From an uncultured Clostridia bacterium (GTDB taxonomy: Bacteria; Bacillota; Clostridia; Christensenellales; UBA1242), in the NCBI GenBank assembly GCA_944383295.1, contig CALWOW010000008.1:9570-73569 (forward strand): DNA of 64,000 nucleotides. The letters are read 5' to 3'. Both the position numbers and the translations under genes were made by a program. Positions 1-9,252 of the stretch are shown piece by piece (positions within the stretch are counted from its first letter, which is position 1; every line of letters starts with the position of its first letter). The notes below the pieces were generated by a model, which saw only the letters and a list, made by a program, of their open reading frames with translations, made no database searches and was not told the origin of the DNA.

Positions 1-575
1 AATATACAGCCATTTCAAAATTTTTTAAAAAATACGGTTATTGGGTAGGATTGGGATTAAGTATAGCTGTACTTATTATGGTGGTTACTTTGGCGGTTGT
101 AAATAAACCTGCGCCAATGGAAGATGAAAACTTTGGACCAGTAAATACTGATACCGTTACATTTACAAACCCTGTAACTCAATTGGATACATTAAAGACT
201 TACTCAAATTCTGCATTACAATACAATAGTACCTTAAATCTTTGGCAAGCACACAAAGCAGTTGATTTTGCAGCAGAAGAAGGTACTGAAGTTTATGCAG
301 TGATGGACGGTAAAGTAACAGAAGTAACATACAATTACTTGATGGGAAACATTGTTAAACTTGATATCGGTGGCGGAATTACAGTTGTTTATGCTTCTCT
401 TGCTAGTGATGTACCTGTAAAGGCTGGCGATGAAGTGAAAAAGGGAAGCGTAATTGGGAAAGTTAGCAATACCGCTAAATCCGAAGCAAACGATGGACCA
501 CACTTGCACCTAGAAGTTTTACTCAATGGCGAATTAGTTGATCCAGCACTATATTTAGATATTTCAGAAAAATAA
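1..575 (+). CDS. M23/LytM-family metallopeptidase, membrane-anchored; 5' end runs off the window
   Basis: Frame is open from nt 3 to the left edge. TM helix LGLSIAVLIMVVTLAVV. M23 hallmarks EGTEVYAVMDGKV and DGPHLHLEV. Hairpin plus T-run follows. Confidence 0.75.
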   Translation, partial: YTAISKFFKKYGYWVGLGLSIAVLIMVVTLAVVNKPAPMEDENFGPVNTDTVTFTNPVTQLDTLKTYSNSALQYNSTLNLWQAHKAVDFAAEEGTEVYAVMDGKVTEVTYNYLMGNIVKLDIGGGITVVYASLASDVPVKAGDEVKKGSVIGKVSNTAKSEANDGPHLHLEVLLNGELVDPALYLDISEK

Positions 576-576
576 T

Positions 577-602
577 AAAAGTCATATCAAATGACTTTTT
601 TT
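577..602 (+). terminator. Intrinsic terminator after the M23 peptidase gene
   Basis: AAAAGTCAT-atcaa-ATGACTTTT stem-loop followed by a T-run. Confidence 0.7.
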
Positions 603-715
603 ATTTTGTTTTTCCAGAATTTACTGTATAATTATTTCGCTATCTAATAATATTTACTTTACATTTACAATTAAATATGATATAATAAAAATACTAATGC
701 AAAAGGAGATGTACG

Positions 716-955
716 ATGATTTTTGACGAAATTACCGAACTATTAGCAGAACAATTAAACATTGATAAATCTTTAATTAATCGTGATTCTCGTATTGTTG
801 AGGACTTACACACTGATTCACTAGATTTAGTTGAAATGTTGATTGCTCTTGAAGACAAGTATGATATAACTGTGCCAGATGAGGATGCGAAAAGTCTCGA
901 CACAATAGGAAAATTAACTGATTACGTTGAAGCAAAAGTAAACGCAAAAAAATAA
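716..955 (+). CDS. acpP: Acyl carrier protein
   Basis: 79 aa. Phosphopantetheine attachment motif LHTDSLDLVEMLIALE. AAGGAG SD upstream of the ATG. Monocistronic, between two terminators. Confidence 0.85.
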   Translation: MIFDEITELLAEQLNIDKSLINRDSRIVEDLHTDSLDLVEMLIALEDKYDITVPDEDAKSLDTIGKLTDYVEAKVNAKK

Positions 956-958
956 AAT

Positions 959-988
959 AAAACTCTTTTCTTTGAAAAGAGTTTTTTG
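959..988. terminator. Bidirectional terminator between convergent acpP and the minus-strand gene
   Basis: AAAACTCTTTT-ctttg-AAAAGAGTTTT with A-run on one side and T-run on the other. Confidence 0.75.
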
Positions 989-990
989 TT

Positions 991-1434
991 TTAAATGTCT
1001 TTTTGTAAAAACATTTTTAGGTAGTTAAAATGGTTTTCTTCCATTTTTAGCAAATCACCGCAAAGAGTAAGTAAATCTTTGTCACATTCTTTATAGTCAC
1101 TTAAATCTTTGTAGCATTGCAATGTACCCATAACGGTACCTAAAAGCAACATCTCTGCTAGGTGTCTTGTAGATTTATCGGTAAGGGTGGTCATCTTAAT
1201 CGAAGTCCACAAGCGTGCCTTTTCAAAAATATTGTTGTCAGGTAGTGAGGAGTCACTAGAATCAACCAAACTGTTAAGTTTTTCGGCAAAATCTGCGTAA
1301 TGTGAGCTTTGTTCACGAAGTTCCGCGCGTAATTCTTCGTTTTCAACACTACTTTCAATGTCCGCAATACTTTGAATTGCTGTTTGACAATTTTGGTACA
1401 TACTAGTGAGAAATTCAAAATCTTTTTCTTGCAT
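991..1434 (-). CDS. Hypothetical cytoplasmic all-helical protein (possible four-helix-bundle type)
   Basis: ORF trimmed to the ATG at 1434, which follows GGAGG. The track start is a TTG that lies inside the SD. No TM segment and no motif I recognise. Confidence 0.55.
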   Translation of the reverse strand: MQEKDFEFLTSMYQNCQTAIQSIADIESSVENEELRAELREQSSHYADFAEKLNSLVDSSDSSLPDNNIFEKARLWTSIKMTTLTDKSTRHLAEMLLLGTVMGTLQCYKDLSDYKECDKDLLTLCGDLLKMEENHFNYLKMFLQKDI

Positions 1435-1549
1435 ATCTACCTCCAAATTGTATAATGTGCTGTAATAAAAATTTTATGTATTTTTGCACTTTTTTACAGT
1501 TTTTTGCATAAAAAAATAGTACAGTATCAATTTTTTCTGCTTTGATTTC

Positions 1550-1578
1550 TTGACAAAAAATTTCAAAATTGATACAAT
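1550..1578 (+). promoter_or_regulatory. Sigma-A-type promoter (TTGACA-17 nt-TACAAT) about 280 nt upstream of trxB
   Basis: TTGACA at 1550-1555, 17-nt spacer, TACAAT at 1573-1578. Confidence 0.5.
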
Positions 1579-1858
1579 TATAATACTAAAACGACACATT
1601 TAACCAAAACTTTAAGACTTTGTTAAAGTAATCGGCAATGCAATATAGTCTAAAAAATTTAAGTTCTTTAGATAAAACAACACAAAAAGCTAAATCAAGT
1701 GTAAAACAAAAAAATACTAAAAAGAAAACAAATCCAAACAAAAATAGTAAATAATATTTTAAAAAAGAGACTTTTTTATCATTTTAGATTAAATAGTTCT
1801 CTTTTTTTATTTTGAAAATAATACATTTAATGATATAATAATGTCAAAGGAGAATATT

Positions 1859-2785
1859 ATGCAAACAAATTACGATGTTATAATTATAGGTGGCGGACCT
1901 GCTGGTATGACTGCGGGGATATATGCATCACGTGCTGGTGCTAGTGTATTAATGATTGAAAAATCAGGTGTTGGTGGGCAAGTGGCTATTACTAGCAATA
2001 TAGCAAATTATCCTGGTTTTAAGAATGTTGATGGTTTCGTGTTGAGTCAAAATATGTTTGAACAAGCGACTGCTTTGGGAGTTGAAACGATTTTTGCGCA
2101 GGCAGATAAACTAATTTTAGACGGAAAAGAAAAACAGGTTATTGCTAATGGTGTAACATATACAGCACATGCAATCATATTAAGTATGGGTGCATATTCT
2201 CGTGGGCTTGATGTAAGCAATGAAAAAAAATTTATAGGTAAAGGTATAAGTTATTGTGCTGTTTGCGATGGTGCTTTTTTTAGAAATAAGACTGTTGCTG
2301 TCGTTGGGGGTGGCAACACTGCTTTGCAAGACGTGATATATTTATCACCGATAGCAAGTAAAGTTTATCTAATACACAGGCGAGAGGGTTTTAGGGCAGA
2401 CCAAGTAGTTGTTGATGAATTTGAAAAATTGTGCAAAACTGCAAATGTAGAAAAATGTTTAAATTATGTAACAGAAAATGTCGAGGGCGGAGAAAGAGTA
2501 GAAAAAATAATTTTACGCAATGTTTTAGACGGAAGTATTAAAACGCTTGATGTTGATGGTGTTTTTGTCGCAATAGGAAGAAATCCTAATATAGAATTGT
2601 TAGACGGCAAAATTGATTTATCTAACGGTTATATAAAGGTTAATGCTCAAATGGAAACAAACATTGCGGGCGTGTTTGCAGGCGGAGATTTAGTAGATAA
2701 AAATTTAAGGCAAATTGCTACAGCAATTTCTGATGGCGCTATTGCCGGTACAAATGCTGCATTGTATGCAAAGAAAAATAAATAA
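1859..2785 (+). CDS. trxB: Thioredoxin-disulfide reductase
   Basis: FAD motif VIIIGGGPAGMTAG, redox-active CAVCDG and NADPH motif VVGGGNTA. Start moved to ATG 1859 because AAAGGAG lies inside the track's longer ORF. Confidence 0.9.
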   Translation: MQTNYDVIIIGGGPAGMTAGIYASRAGASVLMIEKSGVGGQVAITSNIANYPGFKNVDGFVLSQNMFEQATALGVETIFAQADKLILDGKEKQVIANGVTYTAHAIILSMGAYSRGLDVSNEKKFIGKGISYCAVCDGAFFRNKTVAVVGGGNTALQDVIYLSPIASKVYLIHRREGFRADQVVVDEFEKLCKTANVEKCLNYVTENVEGGERVEKIILRNVLDGSIKTLDVDGVFVAIGRNPNIELLDGKIDLSNGYIKVNAQMETNIAGVFAGGDLVDKNLRQIATAISDGAIAGTNAALYAKKNK

Positions 2786-2798
2786 AAGGTAGATTAGT

Positions 2799-4139
2799 AT
2801 GTCAAACAAATTATTTGGAACGGACGGAATTAGAGGAATTGCTAATGAAAAACTTACAGCACAACTTGCTTTTAATATGGGGCAGGCTTTTGCTGTTAGT
2901 CTAAATAAAGATGCAAAATACAAAAAAATAATTATAGGACGAGACACACGAGTATCAGGTCAAATGTTGAGTTGTGCTTTTGTTGCGGGGTTAAACTCAA
3001 TGGGATTTTCTGCGATTTTACCTAATGTTTTACCTACACCGGCATTAAGTTATTTAACAAAAACTCTTGAAGTTGATGGTGGGGTAATGATTACCGCAAG
3101 CCACAATCCAGCGGAGCATAACGGACTAAAATTTTATGATTGCAATGGTTGCAAACTTTCTTTGCAAAAACAAGCTGAACTTGAAGAAATATATTTTAAT
3201 ATAGATAGTTATTTGGGTTGTTCGCCAATGGAAGTTGGGGGAATGGGGTTTAATGATGATTTATTGAAACTTTGGGTTGACCATATTGTTAGTGTTTTAG
3301 AGTTAAAAAGTTTAAAAGGCTTAAAAATTGCCTTAGACACTGCAAACGGTGCAAGTTATGCTGTTGCCCCTTATATCTTCAAAATGTTGGGAGCGCAAGT
3401 TATTTGTTACAACAATAATTGTGACGGAATGAATATAAATCGTGATTGTGGTAGTACCCATATGGAGCAATTTGTTGCTGAATGTGTGGCAAATGACGTA
3501 GATTTTGGGTTTAGTTTTGATGGTGATGCTGACAGAATGATGACAGTTGCAAAAGGTGGGAAAGTTTTTGATGGTACTGATTTAATGTACATATTTGCAA
3601 AATATTTGAAAGATAAAAATAAATTGATTGATGATACTTTGGTTACCACAATAGTAACTAATTGCGGTTTGGAACATTCTTTAGAAAAATTAGGAATAAA
3701 AACAATTCGCACGCAAGTGGGTGGTATTCATATACAAACCGAAATGTTGAAAAATGGCTATAATCTCGGTGGGGAAGAAAACGGTCATATTATGGTAGGA
3801 GATGTGAATAGTGAATCTTGCGGTATAACTTCTAGTTTGTTTTTATTGAAAATTATTTTAGATACAAACCTAACTATACAAGATTTGTTAAAAGATTTGC
3901 AACGAAGTTTGATTGCTAGTTCGAATGTTTATGTAAGCGAACGCCAAAAGCAAGAAGTTGCAAAAGGCGCGCTAAATGATTTGGTAAATGAATTAGAAGC
4001 AGAGTTGGGAAATTCGGGTAGAATTGTTTTGCGACCTAGCGGAACAGAATGTTTGATACGCACTTTGGTTGAAGGGGATAATCAAGAACAATTAGATAAA
4101 ATTAACAGCGTTTTAGAAAATGCGGTTAAAAACATTTAA
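2799..4139 (+). CDS. glmM: Phosphoglucosamine mutase
   Basis: LFGTDGIRG N-terminus, active-site TASHNPAEHNGLKF and FDGDADR metal loop. Confidence 0.9.
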   Translation: MSNKLFGTDGIRGIANEKLTAQLAFNMGQAFAVSLNKDAKYKKIIIGRDTRVSGQMLSCAFVAGLNSMGFSAILPNVLPTPALSYLTKTLEVDGGVMITASHNPAEHNGLKFYDCNGCKLSLQKQAELEEIYFNIDSYLGCSPMEVGGMGFNDDLLKLWVDHIVSVLELKSLKGLKIALDTANGASYAVAPYIFKMLGAQVICYNNNCDGMNINRDCGSTHMEQFVAECVANDVDFGFSFDGDADRMMTVAKGGKVFDGTDLMYIFAKYLKDKNKLIDDTLVTTIVTNCGLEHSLEKLGIKTIRTQVGGIHIQTEMLKNGYNLGGEENGHIMVGDVNSESCGITSSLFLLKIILDTNLTIQDLLKDLQRSLIASSNVYVSERQKQEVAKGALNDLVNELEAELGNSGRIVLRPSGTECLIRTLVEGDNQEQLDKINSVLENAVKNI

Positions 4140-4144
4140 AAAAT

Positions 4145-4171
4145 AATCATCTATAACTAGATGATTTTTTT
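4145..4171 (+). terminator. Intrinsic terminator after glmM
   Basis: AATCATCTA-taac-TAGATGATT followed by a T-run. Confidence 0.75.
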
Positions 4172-4225
4172 ATTTATAGTTTGTAAATTTTGTATAAATT
4201 AGCAAATTTGAGTAAAAATAACAAT

Positions 4226-5803
4226 ATGAAAGTTCAAACATTTATGGGTGGAGTAGTCGTATTGTTTATAGGTGGCATACTAGCAAAAGTGCTAGGGGCT
4301 GTCTTTCGTATTCCACTTACTTGGGTGCTGGGGGCGGGAGGCTTGGGTATTTATCAACTAATATATCCTGTATTTGCTCTTATAATTGTGTTATCTAGTT
4401 CAGGTATGCCGACAGCGATTAGCAAAATGACCGCAAAGCGTATGCAAAACTTTGATATTGAAGGAGCACACAAAGTTTTGCGTGTAAGTTTATGGACACT
4501 AGGCGCTGTGGGGTTGTTTTTTAGCATACTTCTATCACTAGGAGCAAGTGCACTAGCAAATTTGCAAGGTAATGCTTTAAGTACCTTGGGATATTTAGGA
4601 ATTGCTCCTGCAATACTGCTTGTTAGTATATTAAGTGCGTTTAGGGGATATTTTCAAGGTTGTAGCAATATGTATCCAACAGCATTAAGTCAAATAATTG
4701 AGCAGGGAATAAAATTATTATTTGGTCTATTGTTTGCTTATCTTTTAATTGATTACGGTATCGAATATGGTACATTAGGCGCTATGTTGGGTGTCACATT
4801 AAGTGAATTAATAGCAGTAATAGTACTATGCATAATTTACTTCGTTGACAAGAAAAAAGCGCAAAACTATTCGCAAAAGGGATTGCATAGTACTGTTTGT
4901 AATATAGAAAACAATTCTGCAATCTTCAAAGAACTTGTAAAAACAGCATTTCCTATTGTAATGGCTAGTATAACATTACCGTTGCTCGTAATGGTGGATA
5001 GTTTGTTGGTTGTCAACTTGTTGGGGGTAGCAGGTTTTAGTGGTGAAGAAGCAACTAAACTTTGGGGAATTGATAGCGGAGTAGTAAATAGTTTAATTAA
5101 TATGCCGATAGCGTTGTCTTTGGCTGTTGCTATAAGTATTGTGCCTATTGTTGCAAATATGAAACAAGGGGCACAAGCAAATGAAAGAATTCAACAAGCA
5201 AGCGCTTTAGTTGTGTTATTTTGTTTGCCTATTATAACTGCCTTTGTGGTTATGCCGAATTTTTTAATGCAATTTCTTTATAGCGACAGTTTGGGGGGAC
5301 CACAACTTACAAGTCTTGCTAGTAATTTATTGATTTGTAGTAGTCCTGTGATTTTATTTGGTGCTTTATTGCAAGTACAAAACAGCAGTTTGCAAGGTTT
5401 AGGTTACGGTAAAACTACAATGATAAATATGTTTATAGCGGGCGCAGTAAAGGTTTTGCTTACCGTTTTGCTGGTAGCGTTGCCTACGATAAATATTTAC
5501 GGTTGCATTATTTCAAATGTTGCGTTTTACGGCGTTGCATTCTTCTTGAATGAAATGTTTATGCGCTTTAAGTTCGGTTATAGATTTAAGTTTAAAACCA
5601 TATTACCGAGCTTGATAGGAGTAGTTGGGGTTGCTTTGGTGTTGTTGAATTTTAGTTTATCAACAATGTCCATTTACATAATGCTTCCTTTGGCACTTGC
5701 TTGTGCTTTTTTGATATATATATTTGCGTTATGGGCTTTTGGAATAAAATTCGATTATTTAACTAGATTTAGATTAAAACGCAAAAAAATAAATACTGAA
5801 TAA
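4226..5803 (+). CDS. MOP-superfamily flippase, SpoVB/MurJ-like polysaccharide biosynthesis protein
   Basis: About 14 predicted TM helices. N-terminus MKVQTFMGGVVVLFIGGILAKVLGAVFRIPL resembles SpoVB/Wzx starts. Start set at ATG 4226. Confidence 0.7.
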   Translation: MKVQTFMGGVVVLFIGGILAKVLGAVFRIPLTWVLGAGGLGIYQLIYPVFALIIVLSSSGMPTAISKMTAKRMQNFDIEGAHKVLRVSLWTLGAVGLFFSILLSLGASALANLQGNALSTLGYLGIAPAILLVSILSAFRGYFQGCSNMYPTALSQIIEQGIKLLFGLLFAYLLIDYGIEYGTLGAMLGVTLSELIAVIVLCIIYFVDKKKAQNYSQKGLHSTVCNIENNSAIFKELVKTAFPIVMASITLPLLVMVDSLLVVNLLGVAGFSGEEATKLWGIDSGVVNSLINMPIALSLAVAISIVPIVANMKQGAQANERIQQASALVVLFCLPIITAFVVMPNFLMQFLYSDSLGGPQLTSLASNLLICSSPVILFGALLQVQNSSLQGLGYGKTTMINMFIAGAVKVLLTVLLVALPTINIYGCIISNVAFYGVAFFLNEMFMRFKFGYRFKFKTILPSLIGVVGVALVLLNFSLSTMSIYIMLPLALACAFLIYIFALWAFGIKFDYLTRFRLKRKKINTE

Positions 5804-5839
5804 AATAGTTATTTTAGTCAATAATTTTGCAAGGGCAAA

Positions 5840-6124
5840 ATGAACAAAACAGAATTGATTAAGATATTTGCAAAACAAACAAATTTAAACTTAAAAAAGA
5901 GCAAAGAAGCGGTTGATGTATTGATACAAATTATTGTAACAGCACTAGAAAGAGGGGAAGAAGTGCAACTTTCAGGCTTCGGTAAATTTTGGGCGAAATA
6001 CTACAAAGGCACGCTAAAAAATGTGCCAAATACAGGCGTTTTGAGTAAAATTCCACCTAGATTTGTGCCAAAATTTCGTCCTAGTAGTTGTCTAAAAAGG
6101 CGTTTTGAGGGTGTTTTTGGCTAA
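5840..6124 (+). CDS. Divergent HU/IHF-fold DNA-binding protein
   Basis: MNKTELI...LSGFGKF core matches the HU fold. The beta-arm (YKGTLKNVPNTGVLSKIPPRFVPKF) replaces the canonical R-x-GRNP-x-TG arm. Confidence 0.6.
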   Translation: MNKTELIKIFAKQTNLNLKKSKEAVDVLIQIIVTALERGEEVQLSGFGKFWAKYYKGTLKNVPNTGVLSKIPPRFVPKFRPSSCLKRRFEGVFG

Positions 6125-6171
6125 AAATGGGGCTTTTTTTGATAAAAAATTGCAAAATTGATTAAAATCGT

Positions 6172-6200
6172 TTGGAGAAACCCCAAAAATATGCTATACT
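6172..6200 (+). promoter_or_regulatory. Promoter of hup with extended -10 (TGcTATACT)
   Basis: TTGGAG at 6172-6177, 17-nt spacer, TG at 6192-6193, TATACT at 6195-6200. Confidence 0.5.
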
Positions 6201-6232
6201 GCTTTTAACATTACAAAAAGGAGAATTAAGTA

Positions 6233-6508
6233 ATGAACAAACAAGAGTTTATCGCAGCTGTTGCTAGCAAAGCTGGTTTTTCAAATGTTGAAACTGCTAA
6301 AATCGTAAATGCTACACTTGATGTTATTCAAGCGGAAATGAAAGCTGGCAACAAGATTATTTTGACTGGTTTTGGTCAATTCGAAGCACGCACTCGTGCT
6401 GCTCGTACAGGTGTTAATCCTGCAACTGGTCAATCAATCAAGATTCCTGCTTGCAAGGTTCCTGCTTTCAAGGCTGGTAAGGGTCTTAAAGACGCTGTAA
6501 ATGCTTAA
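6233..6508 (+). CDS. hup: Nucleoid protein HU (canonical)
   Basis: 91 aa. GFGQFEARTRAARTGVNPATGQSIKIPACKVPAFKAGKGLKDAV. Strong AAAGGAG SD. Confidence 0.9.
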   Translation: MNKQEFIAAVASKAGFSNVETAKIVNATLDVIQAEMKAGNKIILTGFGQFEARTRAARTGVNPATGQSIKIPACKVPAFKAGKGLKDAVNA

Positions 6509-6521
6509 ATTTTAAAAATAT

Positions 6522-6550
6522 AAAAGTGGGCTAATTTGGTCCACTTTTTT
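6522..6550 (+). terminator. Intrinsic terminator after hup
   Basis: AAAAGTGG ... CCACTTTT stem followed by a T-run. Confidence 0.7.
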
Positions 6551-6563
6551 ATATGGTGGATAA

Positions 6564-7493
6564 ATGAATATAGGAAGTGAGAAATTAAAAAACCCGTTTA
6601 TTCTAGCCCCTATGGCAGGTTATACTGATGCAACTTTTAGGACTCTTTGTTTTGAGGCTGGTGCTGGGCTTGTTGTTACCGAAATGGTGAGCGCAATGGG
6701 GTTATTAAATAAATCTGAAAATACTTTTTTGTTATTACAAAAAAATGATAATGAAAAAACTGCGGTACAACTTTTTAGTAACGAACCAGATGTGATTGCT
6801 GATTGCGTACAATTACCGGAATTGATGGGATTTTGTTTAATAGATATTAATATGGGCTGTCCTGTGCCAAAAATAGTAAATAACGGAATGGGCAGTGCTT
6901 TAAGTCTTGACTTAAAACTTGCAAGCAAAGTAATTGAATCTGCGGTATTACATACAAAAAAACCGATTACAGTTAAGTTTCGTTTGGGGTGGGATAAAAA
7001 TAATATAAACGCAGTAGAGTTTGCAAAAATGTGTCAAGACAGTGGAGCGAGCGCTATTTGCGTACACGGTAGAACAAGAGAACAAATGTATGCAGGTAAT
7101 GCTGATTGGAGTAAAATTTTTGAAGTAAAAAAATCTGTAAGTATTCCTGTAATAGGTAATGGAGATATCTTTACTGCGAATGAAGCACGAGAGAAGCTCG
7201 AAAAATATGGCGTCGATGGGGTAGCAATAGCACGTGGCGCTATCGGTAATCCTTGGATTTTTGCGGAATTGACTCAAACTCCTTTTGAACAAAACCGTTT
7301 AAAAGTTATAACAAGGCATTACGAAATGATGTTAAAAAGTTTTCCTGCTTCTTTTGTTGTGCCATTTATGCGAAAACAATTAGTTTATTACTTAAAAAGA
7401 GCAAATATAGGTAGAAGTGTGCGTGCAGAATTGAGTGTAATAAATGATTATAGCGTTTTAATGGATAAATTACAGCAGGCTTTTGCAAAATAA
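6564..7493 (+). CDS. dusB: tRNA-dihydrouridine synthase
   Basis: LAPMAGYTDATFR, IDINMGCPVPKIV (catalytic Cys) and VHGRTREQ motifs. Confidence 0.85.
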   Translation: MNIGSEKLKNPFILAPMAGYTDATFRTLCFEAGAGLVVTEMVSAMGLLNKSENTFLLLQKNDNEKTAVQLFSNEPDVIADCVQLPELMGFCLIDINMGCPVPKIVNNGMGSALSLDLKLASKVIESAVLHTKKPITVKFRLGWDKNNINAVEFAKMCQDSGASAICVHGRTREQMYAGNADWSKIFEVKKSVSIPVIGNGDIFTANEAREKLEKYGVDGVAIARGAIGNPWIFAELTQTPFEQNRLKVITRHYEMMLKSFPASFVVPFMRKQLVYYLKRANIGRSVRAELSVINDYSVLMDKLQQAFAK

Positions 7494-7598
7494 TAGAAAA
7501 AAGCACTTAAATTATTTGCTATTAAAATAGTTTTTTAGTATCATATATTTAGCGAAGATTATCTAGATGTTTTAGAAAAATTTAAAGGCGATAACCAT

Positions 7599-9242
7599 AT
7601 GGAAATAGTGTATATGATTATTTTGGCTTTGGCTGGTTTAGGCATACTCCTATACGGTATGTCGCTTTTTAGTAGTGCATTGGAAACATCGCTTGGTTCT
7701 CGATTTAATAAAAAATTTTCCAAAGTTGCTTCAAATCCTTTTAAAAGTTATTTGGTAGGAAGCGGAATAACTTTCCTTACTCAAAAAGTGACATTGACTT
7801 GCGGTATGATAATGGGATTTGTTGACGTTGGAACTATTACACCAAAACAAAGTATTGCTTTTGTCTTGGGAATTAGTTTTGGTAGCGCTTTGTCAATGAT
7901 TGTGATGATGTTTCAGGGATTAAACCTGACAATAGTGCTCAGTATTTTGTGCTTTGTAGGGGCTTTGATAACTTTATTTTTTAAAACAAACAAAATGCAA
8001 CAAATAGGGCAAGCATTGGTGGGCTTTGGAATGTTGTTTTTAGGTATTGAATTAGTTGGTACTTATGCGACAGAAATTTTTGCTATACCTGCGGTATTTG
8101 ATTTTTTAAGTTCTATTAGCAATCCTTTTGTTGTTATTTTAATAGGGTTTTTAGTTAGTTTTTTAACTACAAGTACGTTTGCAAGTTTAACAATTATTAC
8201 AGCACTTGTTGGAGTTGCGGGAAGTGGTCCTATAAGTATTGAAACGGCATTTTTGGGAATGTTGGCTGTCGCTGTGGGAACTGCGCTTTCCGATTATGTT
8301 TATACAATCGCTGGGCAATCGGTAGAGGCAAAGCGAGTTACAGCATTTCACGTTTTATTTAGACTATTTACTTTTTTAATTTGTTTGCCGTTTTACTTTA
8401 CACCACTTATTTCAATGCTGTATAATAGTTTAGAGCAAAATGCTGTAATGACTTTAATTATAATTCATATGGTTCAAATGACGATACCTAGCTTGATTTT
8501 ATTACCATTTGGACAAGGTTTGTCAAAAATGATGGAAAAGTTGGTTAGACCTAAAAAAGAAAATGACAGCGTGTATGCTGATTTTATCTTGCCTGATAAT
8601 GTGATTTCGGTGTTTGGTGTTGGTTATCCATCTTTGCTAAAATCTACAAGAAAATTGCTTGAATTAAGTGAACAATTACAAAAAGACTTGATTGTAAGGA
8701 TAACCGAAAAACGTGATATTCGTGGACTCTCTGGTAGAATAAAGGGGTTGGAAAAGGTAATAAAAGTAACCTCTAATACTGCCATCCGTATGTCTGCCAA
8801 GGCAGGCGAAAATGAACTACCAAAATTGAACGTGTTGTTAAATATTATTAACGATATCATTTATTTAAACGAGCGTTCTAAAAAGTTGTACAACTATGGT
8901 AGCGATTTATTGAAAAAGACCAAGCCGTTAGTTGATTCTCAAAATAAAGCATTAGTAAAAGTGCAAGATGAGTTGATGCAATTTAATGAATTAGTTTATG
9001 GTTTAATTGACACACTATTAAATGGGCAAAATATAGAAAATAAAACTGTAAAATTAGTAATGGAACGAAATAAAAAAGTGTTTGCTCTTTGCCAGAAATT
9101 TAAGAAAACAACTTATTCTGACTATGTGAAATCAAAACGATATCCAGAAAATGATTTGTTCTTTTCTATAATTTTAGTATTCGAAGACGTAAATACAGAT
9201 TTAGCAAACATAGCGATAAAATTAGGAATTTTGTCCGCATAA
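7599..9242 (+). CDS. Na+/phosphate cotransporter family protein with C-terminal PhoU-like helical domain
   Basis: Polytopic N-terminal half (LLYGMSLFSSALE type repeats) plus a soluble helical C-terminal half. Length 547 aa is typical of NptA/YjbB-like proteins. Confidence 0.7.
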   Translation: MEIVYMIILALAGLGILLYGMSLFSSALETSLGSRFNKKFSKVASNPFKSYLVGSGITFLTQKVTLTCGMIMGFVDVGTITPKQSIAFVLGISFGSALSMIVMMFQGLNLTIVLSILCFVGALITLFFKTNKMQQIGQALVGFGMLFLGIELVGTYATEIFAIPAVFDFLSSISNPFVVILIGFLVSFLTTSTFASLTIITALVGVAGSGPISIETAFLGMLAVAVGTALSDYVYTIAGQSVEAKRVTAFHVLFRLFTFLICLPFYFTPLISMLYNSLEQNAVMTLIIIHMVQMTIPSLILLPFGQGLSKMMEKLVRPKKENDSVYADFILPDNVISVFGVGYPSLLKSTRKLLELSEQLQKDLIVRITEKRDIRGLSGRIKGLEKVIKVTSNTAIRMSAKAGENELPKLNVLLNIINDIIYLNERSKKLYNYGSDLLKKTKPLVDSQNKALVKVQDELMQFNELVYGLIDTLLNGQNIENKTVKLVMERNKKVFALCQKFKKTTYSDYVKSKRYPENDLFFSIILVFEDVNTDLANIAIKLGILSA

Positions 9243-9252
9243 GGAGGGAATT

